64,000 nt of DNA from a virus (taxonomy: Duplodnaviria > Heunggongvirae > Uroviricota > Caudoviricetes). The DNA lies in the IMG/VR virus record IMGVR_UViG_3300020429_000539, positions 268,263-332,262 of that record; one strand, written 5' to 3'. This document shows, piece after piece, positions 55,565 through 64,000 of the stretch. The notes under the pieces are model-generated. The model was not told the origin of the DNA. It did not search any database and saw nothing but the letters and a program-made list of their open reading frames with translations. Made by a program: the position numbers and the translations under genes. Positions within the stretch are counted from its first letter, which is position 1. Each line of letters opens with the position of its first letter.

Positions 55565-56629
55565 ATGCCTAATCCACAAGCAAAAATGGGATACGTTGGT
55601 AGTGTTACCCTCCTGGGTACTACTGCTGGTAACCTACGACTAAGAGCTACTAACTGTGATGTTAGGGCTATGCAGAACATAGATTACCCTGACGTTGTGG
55701 ATGGCAAGATTGATAGGACTCTCTATCAGTTAGGTCCGCGTATCGTGGAAGGCAACATTGCTTTCCCGCTTGTTCATGAAGGCATTACAGCGATTAACTC
55801 AGGCCGCGATTGTGACCAGCTTACAAATCAGACGCTCGGCGAGGCCATGTGGAGAATCGCCTCTCAGCGTGATTCGTTTGGTCGTCTCATCAACCAGTTT
55901 GATACGCAGGTTCGTTATACAGACGACACACATTTCAAGTATCCAACTTGTATTGTTAACTCTTATACGATGTCTGTTACTCAGTCTGACATGGTAAATG
56001 TTAGCATGGACATCATTGGCGGCGCTGACTCAAGCGACCAGGTTCGTTTGCCTTCTGATAACATTGAGCCCGAGTTTCTTTCGCCCGCTCGCGTTGTTAC
56101 GTGGAACGATTTTTTGGTTCGTATATACGGCGATAATTTGCAGACCGAACCTATTCGAGGCGATTACTTGCGAGAGTTTGAAGTAACAATCAACAACAAC
56201 GCTGAGCGATTCTTCACGTTGAATAACAAGCTTGCCCCGCAGGATATCACGGCTCGTAAGCGAGAAATAAACGGTCGCATGGTCCTCATGGGCCGTAACA
56301 CTGCTTTGTCTGAGTTGGCGTATAACAACCAGGACCGATTTACCTCAACGGCTCGAATCGCGTTTGGCTACTCGCTTGGTGGCGCTGGTACTGTTGCATT
56401 CATCACGGCCCTTCATGGCGTTGTCTTCGAGATTGAAGAAATTGCTATCACGAACGACCTTGTTCAGACGACTGTTCCGTTTACAGCCCTCGCTGACTGT
56501 GACAATGGTTACGAGGCTACTGAGCTTGGAACTTCGGGCACCGACCTTCCAAGCGGTAACACCTTTACTCCAGGTATTTTTGGTGGACGAACATCCACCG
56601 GCTTCCCTAACTGGAATCCTGACGACTAA
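55565..56629 (+). CDS. Major tail (tube) protein
   Basis: GPRIVEGNIAFP, CIVNSYTMSVTQSDMVNVSMDIIG, EFEVTINNN, KREINGRM. Upstream of the chaperones and tape measure. Confidence 0.78.
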   Translation: MPNPQAKMGYVGSVTLLGTTAGNLRLRATNCDVRAMQNIDYPDVVDGKIDRTLYQLGPRIVEGNIAFPLVHEGITAINSGRDCDQLTNQTLGEAMWRIASQRDSFGRLINQFDTQVRYTDDTHFKYPTCIVNSYTMSVTQSDMVNVSMDIIGGADSSDQVRLPSDNIEPEFLSPARVVTWNDFLVRIYGDNLQTEPIRGDYLREFEVTINNNAERFFTLNNKLAPQDITARKREINGRMVLMGRNTALSELAYNNQDRFTSTARIAFGYSLGGAGTVAFITALHGVVFEIEEIAITNDLVQTTVPFTALADCDNGYEATELGTSGTDLPSGNTFTPGIFGGRTSTGFPNWNPDD

Positions 56630-56694
56630 TCGATAGCTTCTGTGACCCCAGCTAGCTATTCGTAAACGGCATAATATGCCGATACCTTACAAGG

Positions 56695-56740
56695 CAATCA
56701 TGGCGAAGTTTCTCTGTTCGTAGGAGCTTTGCCATGATTG
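56695..56740 (+). terminator. Long hairpin between the tube and chaperone genes
   Basis: CAATCATGGCGAAGTTTCT pairs with AGGAGCTTTGCCATGATTG, followed by TGTTT. Confidence 0.6.
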
Positions 56741-56771
56741 TGTTTGTGCGAAGCTTTAGAAGGAGAAACTG

Positions 56772-57215
56772 ATGCCATCTAATTTGTTGATTGACGGTCA
56801 AGAAGACCTTATCGAAATCAAGCTGTTTTACCGCGTAAAAAAGAATAACGCAGGTGTTCGACAGTTCGTGGTCCTCGACGAAGAAAAAGGCAAGAAAGCC
56901 ATTGAGGACGGCGATGATTCGGTGGATTGCCTAGTGACAAAGTGGTCGCCTCAGACTTGGCAGATGAACAACAACCTGCTCAAGCAATCGATGACCTACA
57001 ACAAGATTTCCGGCAATAACGAGGTAGACTTTTCTCGTTATCAGGACAATGTTTTCCGTTACTGCTTGAAAGAATGGGATGTAACCGACAAGGATGGGTC
57101 TCCGATTCCTCCTACGCCCGAGAATGTAGGTCAGCTACCGGCTGCTGTTGCGCAGGCTCTTATCCGCCTTTATGACTCCACGATTACGGTAGACCAAGAA
57201 GAAAAAAAAGAATAG
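56772..57215 (+). CDS. Tail assembly chaperone (gpG-like)
   Basis: AAGGAG RBS. LKEWDVTDKDGSPIP motif. Ends GAA AAA AAA GAA TAG. Confidence 0.82.
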   Translation: MPSNLLIDGQEDLIEIKLFYRVKKNNAGVRQFVVLDEEKGKKAIEDGDDSVDCLVTKWSPQTWQMNNNLLKQSMTYNKISGNNEVDFSRYQDNVFRYCLKEWDVTDKDGSPIPPTPENVGQLPAAVAQALIRLYDSTITVDQEEKKE

Positions 57216-57442
57216 TCCGGGTGGCCGCTGACCTTTACTCAGGGGCCTTGATTGATTCTAGTGACCTCCCGGACGCAATAGTGGAACATCTTTTTGCCTA
57301 CAACTATGGCTACTCGCTTGAGTACATTCGCCGACTTCCGCCGAAAGAATACAAAGAGCATGTAGAAATTCTATTGCTCAAGCACAGGCTCAGCGCAGCG
57401 GCTTCAGGCTTGCTTGGCGCTGCCAAGGTTTCCGAGGATTGA
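57203..57442 (+). CDS. Tail assembly chaperone -1 frameshift extension (gpGT-like)
   Basis: Slippery A AAA AAA at 57203-57209. The -1 frame reads RIVRVAADLYSG...YGYSLEYIRRLP. Fused product about 223 aa. Confidence 0.8.
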   Translation, partial: KKRIVRVAADLYSGALIDSSDLPDAIVEHLFAYNYGYSLEYIRRLPPKEYKEHVEILLLKHRLSAAASGLLGAAKVSED

Positions 57443-57445
57443 TGC

Positions 57446-57901
57446 ATGACAAGCAACCTGTTTATTTCAGAAGATGAGACCGTAGAAGTCAAGCTCAAGA
57501 TTGCCACCAGAGATGGTAAGCTGATTTGTTGGTCAGATGACGAAGTGCCTGATGGTGTAAAAGATTTCGAGACGTATTCAGCCAAGTTCCGTCGTCCAAA
57601 CTACAGGGACACCACTCGCCTGATGGATGCTGCGCTTCAGGTTGGTAGCAACGGGGAGTTTGCGATGTCTGTCAGCGAGGTCAGGTATCGCAGAATCGTA
57701 CAACTACTTGTAGAGTGGGATTTCAAGGATTCAGCAGGTAAGGTCATGCCTGCGACTGAAGCAAGCGTCAATACGCTCAATCCTCAAGTGGCCCTTGCTC
57801 TTGCAGACGGTCTTGAAACGGCACTGGGGCTGTTCGAGGGGCTTACAGACGAGATTTTGGAAGAAGCTGAGGCAATGAAGGCTCAGGTTGACCAATCATA
57901 G
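57446..57901 (+). CDS. Second tail assembly chaperone paralogue
   Basis: MTSNLFI vs MPSNLLI. LVEWDFKDSAG...VNTLNPQVALAL vs LKEWDVTDKDG...VGQLPAAVAQAL. Confidence 0.72.
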   Translation: MTSNLFISEDETVEVKLKIATRDGKLICWSDDEVPDGVKDFETYSAKFRRPNYRDTTRLMDAALQVGSNGEFAMSVSEVRYRRIVQLLVEWDFKDSAGKVMPATEASVNTLNPQVALALADGLETALGLFEGLTDEILEEAEAMKAQVDQS

Positions 57902-57977
57902 ACCGAACAGCAGTTGAAACCTAGTGAGCAGCCACATACGATGTCTTGTTGACCACGTAGGTCAAAGGAGACTCAAT

Positions 57978-58244
57978 ATGTCTGATGAACAGCAAGGTTG
58001 TTTGACTTTTTTCGATATGGCTATTGCCGTTTTCTTTTGTATCTGTGTGCTGAACTACATGGAGCCTTACACAGGGATTGGACAGGTCAACGCTGTTGTG
58101 CCTCGTTCGGACTTCGCTCGAATGATGACTGACTGGATTTCTTGGTTTTTCTGCATCGTCGCTTTCGTTATTGGCTATGCCTTCACACGGGTCGGCTTCA
58201 TCTGGGCTGTCTTGACAATGTGGGTCATCTGTCTGATTTGGTGA
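57978..58244 (+). CDS. Small integral membrane protein (about 3 TM helices)
   Basis: AAGGAG RBS before ATG 57978. Hydrophobic segments MAIAVFFCICVL, WISWFFCIVAFVIGYAF and VGFIWAVLTMWVICLIW. Confidence 0.72.
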   Translation: MSDEQQGCLTFFDMAIAVFFCICVLNYMEPYTGIGQVNAVVPRSDFARMMTDWISWFFCIVAFVIGYAFTRVGFIWAVLTMWVICLIW

Positions 58245-58274
58245 TTTCACGCTTTTGCTGTCAAATCTGACGTA

Positions 58275-58315
58275 ATATCAAGGGGAATACCCCCTTTCTG
58301 CCGAAATACTAGAAG
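58275..58315 (+). promoter_or_regulatory. Class-A promoter before the tape measure gene
   Basis: ATATCAAGG-N19-GAAATACTAGAAG. Confidence 0.65.
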
Positions 58316-58360
58316 CGAGCAGCACCTATATGGTGTTTTTGTACCTTTTGGTATTTCTCT

Positions 58361-61300
58361 ATGGCAGAACAATCCGCATCAGAACTTATACGTCGCATGC
58401 TGGTCGTCTCCCTTGGCGTCGAGGGAGCCGAGGAGGTTATACGCGCGCTTGGTGGCGTTGATAATGCTGCACAACAAGTCCAACGTCAAGCGACCAGAAC
58501 TACTGGCGTTCTCAAGGGTTTAGGCAAAGATTTCTCAAATGCTTCTAAGCTTGTTGCCGCTGCTGGCGCAGGTATTAGTTCTTTTGGTCTTGCTATCAGG
58601 CAATTAGGTTTGTCGGGAGTCCGAGATGAACTCTTTCAGTACAATAAGCAGCTTATAGCTTCTCGGACTATCTTTGCGCGTCTCGGGGAAGGCGTACAGC
58701 AGACTGAGCAGCGTATCATTGAACTGCGGAATAGGTTTGCTTTTACTCGTGATGAGTTGTTGCAGCTTCAAAGACAGGTTCAGCTTGGTTTCAATACGAT
58801 AACTGTTGAACAGATGGGCGACTATATGCAGTTGCTCGCTGATGCTGTTGGTGAGAGCGTAGATGAGATGATGCGTCTAGACAACGTTCTTCAGAGCGTT
58901 GCTGCGAAGATGCCTATATTCCAAGAACTGCTCAAGGGTCCGCGATCAGGACTGGAGACTGTCGGTCGCGACATGCTTGAAGCCGCCGTGCTTCTTGGCG
59001 ACATCGACATGGCTACCTTTAAGGAAGCTAGCGGTTTTATAACTGCGCAAGAAAATAGAAGACTCGCAGGTACGGGCGCGAGTGGAGGAATGAGAGACGC
59101 TGACCGGCAGCGAGAGGATGTATCTCGTAGTCAGATGCAGGCTATCCGTCAGCTAAACGTGACTCAAGACGAACTGAAGATGGCTGTTGCTGAAAGAATG
59201 ATGCCGATTACTCAGTCGATAGCAGATTTCACCGAAAGAAACTTCAATGAACTTATAAGAATAGGCTCATTGCTTGGTATAGTTGCAGCAGGTGTGAGTG
59301 CTATGGGTGCGCTTGGCGCGGCACGAGGCGCACTCAATGTTATTGGAGGTTCAGCGGGTGGAGGTTTAATAAGCCGCATTTTGACGGGACGAGTTGGTGC
59401 GGCAGTAGGTGGCGCAGCGGCGACGGGTGGGGTCGCAGCAGCAGGTGGTAGCGCAGCAGCAGGCGGTGGCGCAGCGGCAGGCGGTGGCGCAGTAGCAGCA
59501 GGTAGCGTTATAGGCGGTGCCTTTATCGCAGCGGCAGCGGCAGGCGGTGTAACGGTTGGCGAAAAGATAGGCCAGCACATCGATTGGACGGGTGATGGAG
59601 CGCTAAGCGAAGCTATTAACGACTTAGAGAACGCGATGGACAGTCAGCTAGCGAAGGCTATGAAGATAGCTTCTACGCAGTTTGCTGGGCTTGAAGGCGG
59701 CGATAAACTTATTGACCGTGCTAAAGAAATCGCAGACCTTGAGAAACAGATATTCGATAAGCAAAAAGAAAACATGGGTGGCCCTATTGATTCTATAATG
59801 AATCTTTGGAGCGATCCAGTGGAGCGAGCAAACAGGGAAGTTGATGACCTTGTAAAGAGGCTCGACGATTTACGCGCTATACAGTCACGAGACGCAACTC
59901 GGGCCAAGGGGCAAGCAGCGATAGCTCAAGACCTGCAAAATGCAGAAACAAAAAGAGCGATTCAGGCCGAACGTGTTGCGACGTTGCAGAAGATTATTAG
60001 AGAGAGCATCGAGACTCAAAGCAAGCTCCTTGACGCTGTTGTGAGTAAATATGAAACTACATTAGATTTACTTTCTAAGTTTGGCGGAGCTAATCCATTC
60101 GGCAATGATATAGGGGCAGAGCTTGGCACTATCATTGACCAAACAACAAGGCTTATCAGCGCTCAGGGTATCGCCGTAAGCAATATCGATTCAGCCATTG
60201 CTAATGTTCGTGAGACGGGGGATACGGGCGGCTACGAAGCAATACTTAACGCGTTGACACGAGCGAGAGAAAATGGCGCTGATATTAGCGATGATGTTTT
60301 TGAAGCCTTACGCAACCAGGTTGCTCCTCTGGAAGTTATAGCTCGCCTTGAGACTGAGCGGCTTAGGTTGCAAAACGCTCAGAGGCAGCAGTTTGGGAAG
60401 ATATCTGATTCGCTGAATGATGTAACCAAGGCTCGTGAGGGCGAGTTGCGTCGTGCGTCTGCTATGAGCAGCTTGATGGCTACTCAGGTATCTTTGGCCG
60501 ATAACCTTGCCATGGGTGTTGGGGCTTCTGCTCAGATGAGATTTGAGCAGGTTGATGCCTTACAGCGCGAAATCGAAATCATGCGTGAGCAGCAGTCGAT
60601 GCTGATACAGCGTGAGCAACAGGTAGCTGAGGAGCTTCGCGCGCGAGGCGCGAGCGAGGAAGACGTTCGGGCAGCAATCTATCAGGCACAGACTCAGAGG
60701 CTTGAGATTGAAGACAAGATACTTCAGAAGCAGCAACAGCAGGCCTCTGTTACTCGTGTGATTCGTGATGGCTGGGTGTCTGCTATCTCGGCTATGATGA
60801 CCGGCAATGGCATGTTTACGAAGATTGTCATTGACCAAAACAAGCGAGTAGGCACAATGATGTCCGCGACAGAAAACGCTACAACAGGCCTAAGAACAGG
60901 TTTTGCAGGTAGAGGCTTTACTGAATCGCAGAGATACACACCAGGAGGTATCAGCGGTTCCAATGATGGAGTTACCGATGCCTGGGGCAATGCCATGACA
61001 ACAGGTAATCCTTTATCTGGTTTTAATGGAGGCAAGAACGCTGCCGATGTAGCGAAGGCGTGGTCTCAGTGGCAGGAAAGTATAGGTCGCAATATGGGAA
61101 CAAGTGCGGCAGGCGCAGGCAATGTCAGATACGGAACTTCTGAGTTGCTTGAGCGAATTAACGATAGCGTGCAGCGACCTGTTATATTACAAACCGAAGG
61201 ACCACCTTTACCTGTTCAAGTAACTAATGCTGCGCAAAAGATAGAAGTTTCTGTAACCCCACAAGATATGAAGACAATGGTTGCAGAACTTATCAAACAG

Positions 61301-61375
61301 TTTACTATGGTAATGAAGACCGTGACCGAAGCAGCCCAAGATAAGGTCATGGAAGAAATGAACACGAGGAGATAA
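58361..61375 (+). CDS. Tape measure protein
   Basis: 1004 aa, Ala/Gln-rich helical and coiled-coil, with a central G/A-rich hydrophobic stretch. Follows the chaperones. Confidence 0.85.
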   Translation: MAEQSASELIRRMLVVSLGVEGAEEVIRALGGVDNAAQQVQRQATRTTGVLKGLGKDFSNASKLVAAAGAGISSFGLAIRQLGLSGVRDELFQYNKQLIASRTIFARLGEGVQQTEQRIIELRNRFAFTRDELLQLQRQVQLGFNTITVEQMGDYMQLLADAVGESVDEMMRLDNVLQSVAAKMPIFQELLKGPRSGLETVGRDMLEAAVLLGDIDMATFKEASGFITAQENRRLAGTGASGGMRDADRQREDVSRSQMQAIRQLNVTQDELKMAVAERMMPITQSIADFTERNFNELIRIGSLLGIVAAGVSAMGALGAARGALNVIGGSAGGGLISRILTGRVGAAVGGAAATGGVAAAGGSAAAGGGAAAGGGAVAAGSVIGGAFIAAAAAGGVTVGEKIGQHIDWTGDGALSEAINDLENAMDSQLAKAMKIASTQFAGLEGGDKLIDRAKEIADLEKQIFDKQKENMGGPIDSIMNLWSDPVERANREVDDLVKRLDDLRAIQSRDATRAKGQAAIAQDLQNAETKRAIQAERVATLQKIIRESIETQSKLLDAVVSKYETTLDLLSKFGGANPFGNDIGAELGTIIDQTTRLISAQGIAVSNIDSAIANVRETGDTGGYEAILNALTRARENGADISDDVFEALRNQVAPLEVIARLETERLRLQNAQRQQFGKISDSLNDVTKAREGELRRASAMSSLMATQVSLADNLAMGVGASAQMRFEQVDALQREIEIMREQQSMLIQREQQVAEELRARGASEEDVRAAIYQAQTQRLEIEDKILQKQQQQASVTRVIRDGWVSAISAMMTGNGMFTKIVIDQNKRVGTMMSATENATTGLRTGFAGRGFTESQRYTPGGISGSNDGVTDAWGNAMTTGNPLSGFNGGKNAADVAKAWSQWQESIGRNMGTSAAGAGNVRYGTSELLERINDSVQRPVILQTEGPPLPVQVTNAAQKIEVSVTPQDMKTMVAELIKQFTMVMKTVTEAAQDKVMEEMNTRR

Positions 61376-61376
61376 G

Positions 61377-64000
61377 ATGAGTCGATGCGCTCCTTTTGTC
61401 CAAGGCGCATTAGCTTTTGGCGCTCAAGACCTTATCTCGAATGGTTTCATCCCGGAAGTGGGAACTGTTCGAGAAGAAGAGATTCGTCTACTCCCTTCGA
61501 ATCGCATCAGCGCTGAGTTTCAGTATAGCGTTCGTTCGGACATATCAGGCACAAGCTTGAATGACCTTTCGCCAGGCGGCAATACAGGTTTTATCTTTGG
61601 CGGCCTCGGCGGTGGAGCAGGTTTTGGTATTGGCTCTGCTTTGGGTTGTTCTTTATTGGGCGACTTCGAACCAACTGTTTCGCGTTTCATATGGCACTTC
61701 GCTGATATGGAAACTCGTATCAATCGAAGTATAATCATAACTCAAGAACATTTAGATGAAGCAAATTCGAATGAGGAAAAGACGTTTACCTACAAACTAC
61801 CCGTCGCAACGGCTGGAGTATTAGGCGTAACACAATCTCCCATCGAGTTTACAGAAGAAGAGGAAGAGAGCTTAGGGACAACCTCTGGACGGACTCGTGG
61901 GCATCGCATTAGCTCCGAAGGTCAAATCGAAGCCAGTTTTACAAACTTCAATTCTGGAGGCGAAGAAAACCTTTTCGTGCAAATTCTTCGGGATGAAAGA
62001 AAATATGACTATCGTGCAGATAATGATGCAGACCGTTTTGAGTCAAACTGCTTTACAAACAATGGTGGCGACGACCTTGTTGACCGAGTTATACAGATTA
62101 GGCTAACCGACCAGATACTCAACGGCACACCAGCAACCGACGATGCTGATGAGGTTCCTGGACTACAACCAGGTGACCGACTTTATATTACCTATTCAGG
62201 CGTAATCAATGATGAGTTGCGGCACGCTATCGAAGCACGAAGCTTCTTCTTTTTGTTTCCTGGCTTTCAGGTAGAACGTATTGGTATCGATCAGGTAAAG
62301 GCTTATAACTTCAAGCCGTTTACTTTCAAAGCCCATAAAGAACATGGACTCGATGCCTCTCGTAACTTCATACGTGCTGACCTCGTAGACCTTCTCGAAG
62401 ATGAGGAGATTTTGTCTAATCCTGATTTGACGTTTGAGGAGAGGCTTGAGCAAACAACGCTAAGCGACTTGACTTGTCAAAGGCTCATAGAAGTTCTTAA
62501 CGATACAAAAAATCAAGTACCGTTTATCAATGGTATCTACTTTGCAGATTTTCGAGGCATTTTGTCATGGAACGCAAGAGAGCCAACACAGCCGCCCGAG
62601 CTTCTGATAGCAGCCGAAGACATTCGTGACCAGGATTGGTGGAACTCGTTTATAACTAGCTATGTTGATTTTGGTCCTGGTTTTAATGATGATGGCGAGC
62701 TTGATCCAAGCGCTGACGGTTCAAATCGTAAGTTGCGAGGCTTTCTGTTCGACATCAGCGACCATGTAAATACTGCCGTTTTTGACAACGAGAAGTTTGG
62801 TTATCAGCGAGACCTCGCGGAAGCCTTGGCCAGTGTCTCGCGTTATGATCCAGAGGTTGAAGGAACGGGTATTGGTTTTCCTAACCTCGATCTCATCAAG
62901 AACAGAGTTTCAGGTCGCAACAGCTTTGACTTAGGGACAGCCAAGTTTGAGAAGATACAGATGTCTTCCATTGAGGGCGGGGCATACTTTGTCCGCAGTT
63001 GTAACGAATTGTTCACATACGACCAACAGTTCTGTTCAAGCGGCACGATTCAGGCAGATATGTTTGTTCGCACGCCATTCTTCTTCTTCCCTCTTACCAA
63101 ACGGGGACGGATCTTTGTCGAGAGATTCACGCCACAGTTTGCATTAGACCCAGATGGCGGTATATGGGTGTTTACGAATCCGGTTGGCGGAGAGACAATG
63201 ACCATTGCCGTTCATCCGTATCGTGAGCAAGCCTTTGTTGTTTTCTCTGATTCCTCAACTGGCGAGACTACGCTTCGTTATTTTCCTGTGCGTGATTCGC
63301 AGATACAGTCTCAGTTGCAGAAAGTCTCGTATGATTCAGAAGATGCCAGCCGTAATCATAGTAATCAAGACATAGACAACTTGCAAGAGTCTGATACGCG
63401 AGTTCTTGGCTTTGACAAGGTTATAGGCAATCAACCAGGTCACAGCAGGGGGTTGCAAATTGTTCTAGATGCAGGCCAAGTGGCTCGCGGTCTAAAGAGC
63501 GTATCTGAAATATACGAAAAGTTTGAACCGGCTTTTAATCACAACAAAGACCGAGGCGAGATTGTGATTACTGGCTTACAAGAGCGGAGACTCCGTAACT
63601 TGAAGATTAGTTATGAAGTATCCGACCCTGGGTTCTATGATATTTCGGATAGAAGGATTGCCGCTGTTTTCCCTAACTCGCGTAGCGTTATAGATAACAT
63701 AGGCGTCGTCTTCCCTGGCGGAGCAAATAGTAATAAGAAGAAAAACTTCATCATTCTTGATACGAGGTATTATACAGATGATTCAATCAGGTTACAAGGA
63801 GAAGCGTTAGGTTTTATTGATGTCATCAAGATAGAGATGATTGCTTTGACTGAAGAGGCCTATGAGGAACTGAATGTTGCTCCTGGTCAGTTTTCTTCGT
63901 GCTTTGATGCTGCCGGTAACTGGTACATATTCTATGAGGATTCTCGTGCGGAGGCCGGCGAATACGGAGACCAGCCTGGAACAGGTGCTTTGTCTACAGG
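61377..64000 (+). CDS. Large tail-tip/baseplate-like protein, 3'-truncated (missing from the ORF track)
   Basis: GAGGAG RBS, ATG 61377 (MSRCAPFVQGALAFG...). The same frame reads CFDAAGNWYIFYED near the window end. Over 870 aa. Confidence 0.75.
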   Translation, partial: MSRCAPFVQGALAFGAQDLISNGFIPEVGTVREEEIRLLPSNRISAEFQYSVRSDISGTSLNDLSPGGNTGFIFGGLGGGAGFGIGSALGCSLLGDFEPTVSRFIWHFADMETRINRSIIITQEHLDEANSNEEKTFTYKLPVATAGVLGVTQSPIEFTEEEEESLGTTSGRTRGHRISSEGQIEASFTNFNSGGEENLFVQILRDERKYDYRADNDADRFESNCFTNNGGDDLVDRVIQIRLTDQILNGTPATDDADEVPGLQPGDRLYITYSGVINDELRHAIEARSFFFLFPGFQVERIGIDQVKAYNFKPFTFKAHKEHGLDASRNFIRADLVDLLEDEEILSNPDLTFEERLEQTTLSDLTCQRLIEVLNDTKNQVPFINGIYFADFRGILSWNAREPTQPPELLIAAEDIRDQDWWNSFITSYVDFGPGFNDDGELDPSADGSNRKLRGFLFDISDHVNTAVFDNEKFGYQRDLAEALASVSRYDPEVEGTGIGFPNLDLIKNRVSGRNSFDLGTAKFEKIQMSSIEGGAYFVRSCNELFTYDQQFCSSGTIQADMFVRTPFFFFPLTKRGRIFVERFTPQFALDPDGGIWVFTNPVGGETMTIAVHPYREQAFVVFSDSSTGETTLRYFPVRDSQIQSQLQKVSYDSEDASRNHSNQDIDNLQESDTRVLGFDKVIGNQPGHSRGLQIVLDAGQVARGLKSVSEIYEKFEPAFNHNKDRGEIVITGLQERRLRNLKISYEVSDPGFYDISDRRIAAVFPNSRSVIDNIGVVFPGGANSNKKKNFIILDTRYYTDDSIRLQGEALGFIDVIKIEMIALTEEAYEELNVAPGQFSSCFDAAGNWYIFYEDSRAEAGEYGDQPGTGALST

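Noticed and set aside
59380-59560. GC-rich repeats in the tape measure gene
   Set aside because: Ordinary Gly/Ala-rich coding segment typical of tape measure proteins.

Overview
A 64-kb slice of a large tailed dsDNA phage (Caudoviricetes), covering almost the whole virion morphogenesis region. All credible genes are on the + strand, use the standard code and are tightly packed. Order: partial dUTPase, TIGR03790-like protein, terminase large subunit, about 13 probable head-associated proteins, portal fused to a DUF559/Vsr-like nuclease, a 1890-aa prohead protease-scaffold protein, capsid cement protein, small HK97-fold major capsid protein, a structured RNA region, a glycosyltransferase/subtilase cassette, fibre genes, PhoH, an actin-like ATPase, neck proteins, tail tube, frameshifting tail chaperones, tape measure and a large truncated tail gene. 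No tail sheath, small terminase, integrase, true tRNA or CRISPR array was recognised. The most notable inferred system is a head-maturation and cargo programme resembling that of herpesviruses: an assemblin-like protease gene with two apparent nested in-frame starts, plus a [K/R]-x-A-[S/Q/E/G] motif, often preceded by FNL, across about 15 head-region proteins. Other highlights are a probable -1 frameshift in a head gene, a ~400-nt two-state structured RNA with an embedded small ORF and a tRNA-like 3' end, and two promoter-like motif classes. All family calls come from motif recognition by eye; no database searches were run.
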